This document shows positions 18,787-28,226 of a DNA stretch of 64,000 bases, piece by piece. The notes under the pieces were generated by a model. It saw nothing but the letters and a program-made list of their open reading frames with translations. It made no database searches and was not told the origin of the DNA. This DNA comes from an uncultured Gammaproteobacteria bacterium (GTDB lineage Bacteria; Patescibacteriota; Patescibacteriia; UBA11705; JABHMO01): NCBI GenBank assembly GCA_964590105.1, contig CAZPYM010000002.1, forward strand, positions 218,697 to 282,696. Reading direction: 5' to 3'. Every line of letters starts with the position of its first letter. The first letter of the stretch is position 1. Made by a program: the position numbers and the translations under genes.

Positions 18787-19050
18787 ATGTCTAGAATGGA
18801 TAGCCGTCGCAAGCGCCGGTTGGCGAAAAGGCGAAGAGAGTACGGTCCGTTATGGGTAATGAGGAAAATTGTCCGCGAATTGATCGGATCGCGGTCCGGC
18901 AAAGCTCATTCAATCAAGAAGGGTAAAAAGGGCTACAACCGCAAACGCAACCGAGAGGGCGACAACCAGGAGGCGGCTATGAAGCGCAATCTAAAACCGA
19001 GGATCTTCAGACCCCTATCAACTTTAGTAAATAATGGAATTGTTTGTTAA
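18787..19050 (+). CDS. Highly basic small protein, ArfA-like motif
   Basis: AHSIKKGKKGYNRKR resembles ArfA KKGKGSY.RK; upstream TTGACA/TACAAT promoter. Confidence 0.5.
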   Translation: MSRMDSRRKRRLAKRRREYGPLWVMRKIVRELIGSRSGKAHSIKKGKKGYNRKRNREGDNQEAAMKRNLKPRIFRPLSTLVNNGIVC

Positions 19051-19089
19051 AGTTGGTTACTACGTATAACTTTTTTAGGGAGGACGAAG

Positions 19090-19224
19090 ATGGGCAAGAA
19101 CAAGGGGAGCGTGGTTCTGGGTTCGTTCAAGTGCATGCACTGCGGGCAGTCGCACTCCAGCCAGAAGGCAGTCAAGGAGTGCAAGAAGCGGCAGTGCCGC
19201 AACGGCCGGAAGAAGGGACGCTAG
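19090..19224 (+). CDS. Basic zinc-finger microprotein, 44 aa, not in ORF track
   Basis: GGGAGGA SD; MGKNKGSVVLGSFKCMHCGQSHSSQKAVKECKKRQCRNGRKKGR (CxxC-x3-H-x8-C). Confidence 0.65.
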   Translation: MGKNKGSVVLGSFKCMHCGQSHSSQKAVKECKKRQCRNGRKKGR

Positions 19225-19304
19225 ACCTCCCTCCATAATTGAAACGGCCAGCGATTGGCGCCGACGCGCCAATCGCTGGCCACAGCCGTACTAAGGAGGT
19301 GACT

Positions 19305-19700
19305 ATGGCTGACTCATTGCAGGAGCAGTTGTTTCGTAAAGGTCTCGTGTCTGAGAGAAAATTCAAAGAGCATGAGGCCAGGACTACGCTTGCTACGGGA
19401 GAGCCAGGAGGCGTCTTGGTCGCGGATTTGAGTGAGCTTGATCGTTGTCAAACGGTCGGCGAGTTCAAAGAAGCGGCGCGGAAAGTTCTTGGTGTCAATT
19501 CTGGATTAGCGCAAGCTGTCCTTGATCGGGCAAACCATAAGTTTGCTGGTAGGGGGCAGGACAAGCGTAAGGCGCGCTGGTTTTTCTACGCCGTCCGTGA
19601 CGGACTTCGGGGGAAGTCGGCGGGCGAGCAACAGCGATTTCTGAAGCGAGCGTTTCGTCGATCCGGCGCGACGTTCGAGCCGCCAAAGGACTTTGCCTAG
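19305..19700 (+). CDS. Basic hypothetical protein with YaiL/DUF2058-like N-terminus
   Basis: AAGGAGGT SD; SLQEQLFRKGLVS motif. Confidence 0.55.
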   Translation: MADSLQEQLFRKGLVSERKFKEHEARTTLATGEPGGVLVADLSELDRCQTVGEFKEAARKVLGVNSGLAQAVLDRANHKFAGRGQDKRKARWFFYAVRDGLRGKSAGEQQRFLKRAFRRSGATFEPPKDFA

Positions 19701-19849
19701 GCGGCGGATGTTCAATTCTAACGGATAGGAGGTGAAAGATGACCGAGCGAAATGGGCTTGGCAGGTGAACTCCGGCGTAACGCGTCGGAGTTTTTTTTGT
19801 GAAAATAAAAAAACAAGCAATCTATTTCAGATTATGCTTGATTTTGTTT

Positions 19850-21814
19850 TTATTGGATTAGACCGTCAGTTTCAGCGTTTTGATCCTGTTCAAGTGCAGA
19901 AGTTAAAATATTTTTAGTTTTGATTATCAGGTCGCCGGTAGAAACGTCTTTTGCTGATAGCGTGGTGTTGCCCAGAAGCTTGATTATTTTACCTTTGTCT
20001 GCGGAGAGTGGCGTGACAACAATAGTGAAACTGGCATGGGCTTCCTTGATTGACTCCGGCAGGCGATTGATTTCCCAGCTGACTTTGCGGGTGCTCGGAT
20101 CAAATCTTAGTTCGCCGGCAGTGGTGTTTGTTTCATTCGGCCAGCTGACATATTCAGGTAATTCTGCGCTTATTAATAGATTTTCCACTTCATGCAAGTC
20201 GTTGGAAACATCCCAAAATATTTTTAAGCCGGTTGTCTCTCCTGATTTTAAGGGCAGGGGGCCAGAGCCAATCGGTGTGCCGTCATCAAAATAATAGAGC
20301 GCCTTGGCGCCGACATTGATATCGGTATTTAATATTAATGCTACTTGGCTGCTAACTACCGCTGCGGTCAGGGCGTCGGGTTCAGTGTTCAGTGCTATTT
20401 CAGAATGAGCTTCAATTTTTGTCTGTCCGAGACTTGCCAGATTAACTGTTTCAAATTCTGTCAGCTGTTTGACCGGCAGAGAAAAATTCACAGTTATTTC
20501 TTCACCGGCCTTGAGATTGGCAAGCTTTGGAATTTGCGTTTTGTCCCAGATGATTTGTTTGCCATTGTCGATTTTTTCGATCTTGCCGAAAAAGTCGTCC
20601 TGCAGTTTATTCCAGTCCAGAATATCCATGGGTTGGCTGTTTATTATTGATTTCAGCTGAACATTTTCAAAATCCTGCTGGCCGTTATTTTTCGCGATGA
20701 TGGAAAAAGCCAGATTGTCGCCGAGCACAATATGTTTATTTTCCGTTGTTCCATTAACAATGAGGTAAGTATTGATTGCCTGATCAATAACTTTGACTGT
20801 AAATTTAAATTCCTTGACTACGGAGTATAATTCATCATTGCCGGGCAAAAGGATTTGAGCAGTGAAAATTCGTTCTCTTTCGCTTTCATTGCCAAAGGTT
20901 AAGGATTTTGGAAAAGAGCCTTCAATAGTTATTTCTTTGCTTTCGGAAAGGCCGGGGATGTCGGTTAACAACCAGAGATTGCTGTCTTCGCTTGGTTCTG
21001 GCTGGGCCGATTGAAAAGTAAAAGATTCTGGATATAAAAAGTTTAATTTTATATTTTCAAAGGAAGCCGTCCCTTTGTTTTTTATTTTTGTTTTGAGGTT
21101 CATTTTTTGCCCCAGCGTGATATTTGAAGGAAAGGAATTCACAATTTCAAATTCCGGTTCTTCGAGCAGAATACTGAAGCTGGTTTCTTTAGAAAACTCG
21201 GAATGAAAATTACTTGGCTCAAAAGTCAGGGTAGCTGTTAGTTTTTGTTCTTCGTTAATTGCGTCAATTATTTTGCCGGTTATTATTATTTCGCCTTTGT
21301 CTCCGGCCCCCAGATCGCCCAGTAGCCATTTGTGATTAGAGAGTTCTGGCTCAGCTTTTTCCAAAATAAATCCGTGCGGCTGTTGCACTAGCAAGCGGCT
21401 ATTTAAAAGATCCACAAGCCCTAGATTTTGGTAGGTGATTTTGTAGTCAAAGGTCTGCCCGATCTGAATTTTTTCCGGGGCGACGATTTCCATGGCCAGG
21501 CTTTGATTTTCAAAAGTTTTATTGCCGCCGAAATACAAAAAGCCGCCAAGCGCGGCCAATGAAAAAATAAAAAGCAGGATTATGGAAACAATGAAAAATT
21601 TTTTTCTGCGCTTGCGGCGGTTGATTTCAATCAGATCTTTTAGCGAGTCGTCAGGCGCTTTCGGAGAGTCTGTTGTTTCCAAGACGGCATCTCCCATTTC
21701 TTTGGCTAAATCATCTTCTTCGTATAATTCAAATAAATCCTTAATCGGATCTTCTTTTGGATATTTAATTTTTCGTCTTATGAATTTAGGACTTGAGTTT
21801 TTGGTGTGAGCCAT
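19850..21814 (-). CDS. Single-TM surface protein with Ig-like/DUF11-type beta domains (CPR conserved)
   Basis: One TM after basic stretch; repeated beta-rich domains (Y.ITY.N.G, W.LG.L..G..G.I.I). Confidence 0.7.
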   Translation of the reverse strand: MAHTKNSSPKFIRRKIKYPKEDPIKDLFELYEEDDLAKEMGDAVLETTDSPKAPDDSLKDLIEINRRKRRKKFFIVSIILLFIFSLAALGGFLYFGGNKTFENQSLAMEIVAPEKIQIGQTFDYKITYQNLGLVDLLNSRLLVQQPHGFILEKAEPELSNHKWLLGDLGAGDKGEIIITGKIIDAINEEQKLTATLTFEPSNFHSEFSKETSFSILLEEPEFEIVNSFPSNITLGQKMNLKTKIKNKGTASFENIKLNFLYPESFTFQSAQPEPSEDSNLWLLTDIPGLSESKEITIEGSFPKSLTFGNESERERIFTAQILLPGNDELYSVVKEFKFTVKVIDQAINTYLIVNGTTENKHIVLGDNLAFSIIAKNNGQQDFENVQLKSIINSQPMDILDWNKLQDDFFGKIEKIDNGKQIIWDKTQIPKLANLKAGEEITVNFSLPVKQLTEFETVNLASLGQTKIEAHSEIALNTEPDALTAAVVSSQVALILNTDINVGAKALYYFDDGTPIGSGPLPLKSGETTGLKIFWDVSNDLHEVENLLISAELPEYVSWPNETNTTAGELRFDPSTRKVSWEINRLPESIKEAHASFTIVVTPLSADKGKIIKLLGNTTLSAKDVSTGDLIIKTKNILTSALEQDQNAETDGLIQ

Positions 21815-21834
21815 AGTATGTCACGGCAGAGTTA

Positions 21835-24417
21835 TTATTCGTAAACAAAGGCAATAAGTTGGTCTTCAGGCGAGCTGGATTCAAATAATATTTGCCTGTT
21901 GTTGGATATTGCTATGTCGCCAAAAGCCCAGGTTGGCTTTAGGTGTTCAGGAAGATTGATAGTAAGGGAATATTTTGTGTTTTTTTGCCCAGACTGTTTT
22001 TGCAAAAGAAGCGAGTGAAAGCCGCCTTGTTTGTCAGCTGAGAAAAATTTAAATCCGCTGCCGTCATTTGTATTAATTTTAAATGGCAATCTGTATTTCA
22101 GAACTACAGTTGTTTCTTCGCCCGGATCGACCTGGATCCAGTTGCCGAAAACAGTTTTATTAAATTCATTGTTTATATAAGTGCCGGTATCGGGTTCCAC
22201 CCAGACTTCGCCCTGAACCTGATTCAGCATTTCGTCTTCCTGCCAAAAGTCTTCCGGTTTTTCAAATGATTCCGGCAAAATTTCATCGGTAAAGCCTTGC
22301 GCTGATAAAATCTGACTGCCGAGTGGAGTATAAAATCTGGCAAAAGATAAGTTGGATACTTTGCCAAAAGGGTCTGAGAGTTTGCCGGTATGTTTTCTGG
22401 TTAGTGTAACCGTATTTATTATTTCTCCATTATCGTAAATGTCGGAAACAATATCAATCTTTTGTTCAATCAAGCCGTCTGTTTTTCCTCCGCCGATATT
22501 GGTATTGATCACGTCCAAATAATCCTTGGAAGTGTCGAGCAGTTGCCCGGTCCAGCCGTAGGAAGCTATTTTTTCCTGCGCCGCTTCATTGGTAAAGTAG
22601 AGCTGAATGTCGTTTTGAGCAAGGCCAAGTTTTAGCGTTTTGGCGATATTTAACAGCTGTTCTCCGTCAGCGCTGAAAATTTTGTCCAATAATTTTGGCG
22701 CCAGGTCGGAAAGAATTATTTTAGGCTTGTTTTCTGCCGGATTGTTGTATTCAATGCCAATTGACCTTTGCAATTCTTCAATAAAATTATCAGAAGTAAA
22801 TGTTTTATCATAGCCAGGCAAGTCGATCGGGCCGATTATTTGCATGAGCGACGGGATGAGGCTGGCATTGACCGCTATGACGCCGTCAACGGTTGGCCCG
22901 CCGGAATTTTCATAAAACCAAATTGTTTTGGCGGCTGAAGTCGGGAAGTCCGGGAACCAATTGGCGTCCTGCATTTCCCAAAGCGGATTGATCAAGTGCA
23001 GAGGGAACGGTGAAATCCTTTTTTCTAATAATGAGCCTTGCAAGTCATAGGTGCCACCGCCCGGAATTTCAATATTTTTAATTTGTCCGCGGTCGATGTC
23101 TACTAAGGCAAAACTGCCCATAAAGCCGCCGGTCGGACGAGCCTCATTATTATTTTGAAAAACAAATAAATAACGCCGTTTGTAATCAGAGCCCAGAAGC
23201 TGGTTTAATATTTTTGAAAAACTGTTGAATTCTTTGACGTCATTATTTAGCAAAGTAATAATTTCTTTGCCTTTTTCAAATTGTTCTTGTTTTTCCTTGG
23301 GAATGGCTTTGATCCTGACTTTTGCCAGGTCGTCTTCCAGCTGATTAAGCTTCGGAATAATTTCTTCGAGCTTTTCCTGCAAAGAAAATATTTTGTCAGT
23401 CAGCCTAGCCTGGCTGCCATTGGTAAAAATATCAAATAATTGAGCTAGGGTTTGGCCAATGGCCGAGATTTGCTGGCCGGCCTCCAAGAGATACTCGGCG
23501 TCAGCCAAATTAGCCTGATCGGTCGGTAAAATTTTTAGAATCGATTTAATTGAAAGGTCAATTTCAGCAATTTGTTGGCTGGCTTGGGTGAAATTATGAT
23601 TTGCCTGGCTGAAATTCTGCGCGGCGCCGGCAGTATTATTGGCGGCTAATTCCTGGCTGGCGATTTTTAGATCTTCATAAGCAGTTGTTGCATAGCTGAC
23701 TATTTGATCCTGAGATTGTTTTATTTCCTGATAATGGCCGAATACTTTGATCGGCGTAACGATCAAAAGACAAATGGCAGCGTAGGCGATAATTGTCCGA
23801 TGCCAGCGCAAAGGAAGATTTAAATGATAGAAAAATGGAGTTTTGGTAAATTGTTCGTAAAAATCAGTGTCTTTCGGCGCGCCGCTTTTAAATTCAATCT
23901 GATTTTCATATTCAGCTACAATGGTCGGCTCGGCAAAGTGAGTTGTTTCCGGAATTGCAATGGCGGCTGGCGATTCTTCCCGAATCTGAACCGTCGCCTC
24001 CGGTTGGTGTTCGTGTAAATGATGAAAAAACGACAAAACCCGGTGCTTTTCTTGCTTAGCTTTTTTCTTTTTTTCAATGAGAGCGCTCAAATCCAAAACA
24101 TACGGTGAGTGCTCCGCCCTCCTGGCAATACTCTGCACAATAATGCTGGTGTGCTTGGCGGCAGTTTCTTTGGTAATGGCTTCTTTTTCAGGCAGTAGCT
24201 TGGCCAGTTCTTTCATTACAGCTTGTTCCAGTTCTTTATTGGTTTCATTTTTACTTTGGCTACCAAGAATCTGATCAATTTCATGCTGAAGCAGGCCGAT
24301 GGTGAGGTCGTCCTTGGTCGAAGTTTGGATTGGTTTCTTTTTGCTGGTTGGCTTTTTTGTTTTTTTTCGGTCTGAACCAGCTGAAGTTTTTCTTTTTGAT
24401 TTTGTTTTGCTCTTCAT
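21835..24417 (-). CDS. DUF4012 domain protein
   Basis: YLFVFQNNNEARPTGGFMGS, DANWFPDFPTSA, VDGVIAVN, NIGGGKTD motifs. Confidence 0.85.
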   Translation of the reverse strand: MKSKTKSKRKTSAGSDRKKTKKPTSKKKPIQTSTKDDLTIGLLQHEIDQILGSQSKNETNKELEQAVMKELAKLLPEKEAITKETAAKHTSIIVQSIARRAEHSPYVLDLSALIEKKKKAKQEKHRVLSFFHHLHEHQPEATVQIREESPAAIAIPETTHFAEPTIVAEYENQIEFKSGAPKDTDFYEQFTKTPFFYHLNLPLRWHRTIIAYAAICLLIVTPIKVFGHYQEIKQSQDQIVSYATTAYEDLKIASQELAANNTAGAAQNFSQANHNFTQASQQIAEIDLSIKSILKILPTDQANLADAEYLLEAGQQISAIGQTLAQLFDIFTNGSQARLTDKIFSLQEKLEEIIPKLNQLEDDLAKVRIKAIPKEKQEQFEKGKEIITLLNNDVKEFNSFSKILNQLLGSDYKRRYLFVFQNNNEARPTGGFMGSFALVDIDRGQIKNIEIPGGGTYDLQGSLLEKRISPFPLHLINPLWEMQDANWFPDFPTSAAKTIWFYENSGGPTVDGVIAVNASLIPSLMQIIGPIDLPGYDKTFTSDNFIEELQRSIGIEYNNPAENKPKIILSDLAPKLLDKIFSADGEQLLNIAKTLKLGLAQNDIQLYFTNEAAQEKIASYGWTGQLLDTSKDYLDVINTNIGGGKTDGLIEQKIDIVSDIYDNGEIINTVTLTRKHTGKLSDPFGKVSNLSFARFYTPLGSQILSAQGFTDEILPESFEKPEDFWQEDEMLNQVQGEVWVEPDTGTYINNEFNKTVFGNWIQVDPGEETTVVLKYRLPFKINTNDGSGFKFFSADKQGGFHSLLLQKQSGQKNTKYSLTINLPEHLKPTWAFGDIAISNNRQILFESSSPEDQLIAFVYE

Positions 24418-24427
24418 ATATTGCATG

Positions 24428-24534
24428 ATATAACGTTTGCGTATAGCTGATGTTTTTCGGAGCGTAATGGAGCACGCTGGGTTAGGTGAGGCGGCGGTAC
24501 GACGACGAACGGAACCAGATACGCGCCGTTATAT
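24428..24534 (-). mobile_element. attC-like integron recombination site
   Basis: On - strand ATATAAC..GCGTAT..ATACGC..GTTATAT imperfect inverted repeat, 107 bp, just after the SSS gene stop. Confidence 0.7.
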
Positions 24535-24551
24535 GATGTTCTTTTGCTACT

Positions 24552-25886
24552 TTATGGCTGTGATTTCTGGATATTTTTAAATGGAATTAAGAATACTATA
24601 ATTGCAAATAATACTGCAGGAACAAATGCTATTTTATAGGCAAAAAATGAAAAAATGATTAGTATTATTGGCGCTCCTATCATTGAAATTAAGACCTGTT
24701 TTATATTAACTTTTTTTGAATATAAACTGAATAAAAGACATGGTGTTAAGGCGAGCATTAAGAATGAGGCAAAAAGAGCAAGATTAATTATGTCAGGAAA
24801 TATATAAGCAGTGAAAGCGGCAATGATTCCCAAGCCCAGTGTTGTAAGCCGAGCATTTCTCAAGGAAGAGAAAATTTTAAACTCTCTTGATATAATAGTT
24901 GAACCTCCTATTAATAAACTATCAATCGACGACAAAATAATTGATAGAATGCCCGCATAACCTAATCCAACTAAACCCACAGGAAGTAATTTGGGAATTA
25001 ATAAATACATTGCTTGATCTCTGTTTACATCACCAAGCATCGTTGCTGCGAATAGTCCTATAAACATCGTTAGTAAGCTAATCAGAAGCATAAAGGGAAT
25101 ACTATAATAAAGTGATTTTATTCCAATTTTTTCATTTTTTGCTGAAAATATTCTTTGCCATGTAGCCGAGTTCATTAAATAAACAAATCCTCCGATCAGT
25201 ATTGTACCTATAAAAAATCCGATGCCACCAAAAGCAAAAGGGTCAAAGTGTCCTTTTGGGAGATTTGCGATCAGGTCAAAGCCGTTGTTAAACACGCCAG
25301 AAACAAATAGCATAATTAGTAGGCCACCCATAAACCAAAATTGCACAAAGTCTGTTAAAAGGTCGGTTTTTAAACCACCAATAGCTGTGTATAGGATTAC
25401 AATTGCAATACTAATTATTAAAACAAGATTGTAATTAAGGCCGGTTAAAATACTGCCAAGTTGACTTATGGCAACTAAATTTATGGCTGTAAGCAGAAAT
25501 AAAATTGTGATTAGTAAAAATAAGATTGGATATTTGATTTTATTTCCAAATCTCCATTTGAAAATATCTACCAAAGTAAATCTATGTTCTTCGGGGATTG
25601 TGAATATTTTTTTAGCTACTAAAGCGAGTATTATCATGCCTATTACAGAAGCTACTATTGAAGAGATAGCAAACGAAATGCCAGTATCATATACGGCGGC
25701 AACAACACCTATCACGGATGCGGCGATGGTAATACTCGCTACATGTGAAAAAGTTAATAGCCACAAGCCCGAGGAACGTTTGTTTAACCAATAGCTTAAT
25801 ACTGATTTTTCCTTGATTGATTTGATAGCAATAAATACAAGGATCAGGAAGAATATTGATATTGCTACATAATCTAATAAGTGCAT
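24552..25886 (-). CDS. Sodium:solute symporter family transporter (cassette gene)
   Basis: Many TM helices, YTAIGGLKTDLLTDFVQ, WQRIFSAK, LSSIDS motifs; AT-rich relative to neighbours. Confidence 0.85.
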   Translation of the reverse strand: MHLLDYVAISIFFLILVFIAIKSIKEKSVLSYWLNKRSSGLWLLTFSHVASITIAASVIGVVAAVYDTGISFAISSIVASVIGMIILALVAKKIFTIPEEHRFTLVDIFKWRFGNKIKYPILFLLITILFLLTAINLVAISQLGSILTGLNYNLVLIISIAIVILYTAIGGLKTDLLTDFVQFWFMGGLLIMLFVSGVFNNGFDLIANLPKGHFDPFAFGGIGFFIGTILIGGFVYLMNSATWQRIFSAKNEKIGIKSLYYSIPFMLLISLLTMFIGLFAATMLGDVNRDQAMYLLIPKLLPVGLVGLGYAGILSIILSSIDSLLIGGSTIISREFKIFSSLRNARLTTLGLGIIAAFTAYIFPDIINLALFASFLMLALTPCLLFSLYSKKVNIKQVLISMIGAPIILIIFSFFAYKIAFVPAVLFAIIVFLIPFKNIQKSQP

Positions 25887-25943
25887 ATTATCTCAATTGT
25901 TTATAAATAAAGTAGCGAAAGAATTTCATGTAACTGGTTGCTG

Positions 25944-27059
25944 TCATGTGCTTTTATAAATTTCCAATGTTTGTTTGGCGCAATTTTCCCAGTTGAAACG
26001 CTTGGCGTTTTCTAGTCCTTTACTAATAATCTGGCTCTTCAAATTTTGGTCAAAAATAATTTTGTGTATTTGCTCGGCCATTTGTTCAGTGTCTTCCGGA
26101 TCAAAGAATAGGGCAGAGTCCCCGAGCACTTCCGGCATGGAGCTGGTATTGGTTGAGATAACCGGTGTTCCGCAAGCTTGCGCTTCAATGGCAATCAGGC
26201 CAAAACCTTCGATAAAAGAAGGAAGTACAAATAGGTCGCTATCATTGTATAATATTGGAAGCTCAGATTCTTGAACATATCCTGTTGCGATTATGTCATT
26301 TTTATATGGCGAATTGTTGATCTCGCGTCGCACATTTGTGTAATGCAGATCTTCGCGTCCGCCGAGCACCAGTTGATGCTCTATTTTATACTTTTTTTTA
26401 AGCAAATTAAACGCTCTGACCAGCCCCTCGATGTTTTTGTGGCTGCGCCAGACGCCTACATTAAATATATACGGTTTGGTAATGCCAAACTGGTTTTTTG
26501 TCTTATTAATTATACCACCATTTTCTATTATTTTAAAACGTTCGTCCACACCCTCGTATGTAACGCTGATTTTTGACGGGTCAACCTGAAAATGCTTGAT
26601 AATGCCGGACTTTGTACTCTCGGAAACAGCAATAATTTGGCTGGCTTTGCCCACAGTTGAACGAAATACGGCGCGGTATGCCCATTGACGCCAGCCGGAC
26701 GCGGCTTTGTGGCCCGGATAGAAAAAGGGCGTTAGGTCATGGATGGTGCAGACTGATTTTTTGCGGAATAAAACCGGAGAATTAAAGTGCGGATAATGAA
26801 TTAGGTCAAATTTGTGCTTTATTAGCTCAAAAACAAACCTGGTTTGCTCGGCGTAAGAATAATGAGCGCAATTGGTCAGAATTTTTTTAATGCGCTTGTT
26901 CGGCGGATTAAATTTGGAAAACTCCGGCTCGCGTAAAAACAAGATATATTCATTCTCCTGATCCAACTTGAAAAGTTCGTCAGTCAAGCGCTGAATATAT
27001 GTGCCGATTCCGCTGAATTGTGATGACCCGTACATTCGGCAATCAATTGCAATTATCAT
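25944..27059 (-). CDS. Glycosyltransferase family 4
   Basis: IAIDCR, TIHDL, PSFIEGFGL..IEA.ACGTPV motifs. Confidence 0.92.
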   Translation of the reverse strand: MIIAIDCRMYGSSQFSGIGTYIQRLTDELFKLDQENEYILFLREPEFSKFNPPNKRIKKILTNCAHYSYAEQTRFVFELIKHKFDLIHYPHFNSPVLFRKKSVCTIHDLTPFFYPGHKAASGWRQWAYRAVFRSTVGKASQIIAVSESTKSGIIKHFQVDPSKISVTYEGVDERFKIIENGGIINKTKNQFGITKPYIFNVGVWRSHKNIEGLVRAFNLLKKKYKIEHQLVLGGREDLHYTNVRREINNSPYKNDIIATGYVQESELPILYNDSDLFVLPSFIEGFGLIAIEAQACGTPVISTNTSSMPEVLGDSALFFDPEDTEQMAEQIHKIIFDQNLKSQIISKGLENAKRFNWENCAKQTLEIYKST

Positions 27060-27158
27060 ATTTTTATAAAGTTAGTGTCGTCTTGAGTCCTGAGCTTAGC
27101 CGAATGATTGAAAGGCGGGCATCAATGGCGATTTTCATATAAAGACGAATTTGTCTTT

Positions 27159-27890
27159 TTATCTTATACTATTCCAAACCAAATTCCAAATTGATTTCAT
27201 GGTTTGCGCGATGGCCTTGTCTTCAATAATCACTGCGGCATATGGTTTGCGGAAAGAGATTAAGGAAACTTTATTTTCGTAAATGTTTATTTCCGTTTCA
27301 AAATCAATGTCCGGCACCAGCCGTGTTTTGCGGAGCTGTTGTTGGTCCTTGTCTTTGATCAGCCGTCCCTTTGGCCCGTCTTTGGCTATGCAATAAAAAA
27401 AGCATTTGTTTTTCACGCGCGCCTCCGGCCCGGCCTGCCATAAAAAATCCTCGGGCAAAGTTTCAAACATTTTTTCATAATCTGTAAATCCGTATATTTT
27501 TCCGTCCGGAACAGAATAGTCGGCGTAAGCCGCGCGCAGGCCCTCGAGCCCTTGATAAAAGCGAACCTTGGGTTTTTTTGTTGGGCGATTGAAAATGCTT
27601 AAAATTTCTGGCAGGGCTTTTTGTACTTCATTTAGCCGTTCTTGCGCGCGCTTTAGCACAGTTTCCGGATTTTCCGGTGCCAGCAAAAGTTTTTTATTTT
27701 TTTTTATTTCGGTCAGCAGTCCGAGATTTTTCATTTCTTCCAAAAAATTATAAATACTGGTGCGTTTTACTTTTGATTTTTGCGCCAGTTCCTGAATCGT
27801 GGCAGAGCCCAACTCCAAGCAGGCTAAATACACTTCAGCTTGTCTTGGCTGAATGCCAAGTTTTGTTAGGGAATCGAGTAGGTATTTCAT
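27159..27890 (-). CDS. TrmB-family transcriptional regulator, divergent from rSAM island
   Basis: AEVYLACLELGSATIQELAQKSKVKRTSIY HTH; KPKVRFYQGLEG; EINIYENKV. Confidence 0.88.
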   Translation of the reverse strand: MKYLLDSLTKLGIQPRQAEVYLACLELGSATIQELAQKSKVKRTSIYNFLEEMKNLGLLTEIKKNKKLLLAPENPETVLKRAQERLNEVQKALPEILSIFNRPTKKPKVRFYQGLEGLRAAYADYSVPDGKIYGFTDYEKMFETLPEDFLWQAGPEARVKNKCFFYCIAKDGPKGRLIKDKDQQQLRKTRLVPDIDFETEINIYENKVSLISFRKPYAAVIIEDKAIAQTMKSIWNLVWNSIR

Positions 27891-28147
27891 GTTTGTCAAT
27901 TTTTGCTAAATATATTTCGCCCCACTTTAGTGGGATATGCAGGACCGCGTGCGTTTTAATTTACCCGAACATTTTGTTTCCACGTCCGTGTAGTCGTATT
28001 CGACTAAAGTCGGGTAAAATGATTTTAGTTAATTTTGTCTATGTTTTAGACACTATATCATGCAAAAAATAATCTGTCAAATTCTTGTAATTTTATTAAG
28101 CATTCGTCTATTGCTACTCTTCGTATAGTTTTTTTTAGTCCTTATTG

Positions 28148-28224
28148 TTGACAAGATATTTTTAACTTAATACAATAAGATGTTTATGGAAAGTTCTTTG
28201 ACAGTTGCCTTTAATAAGGAGGGG
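28148..28224 (+). promoter_or_regulatory. Sigma70 promoter, boxA-like motif and SD of rSAM gene
   Basis: TTGACA-17-TACAAT, AGTTCTTTGACA at 28192-28203, AAGGAGGGG. Confidence 0.7.
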
Positions 28225-28226
28225 GC

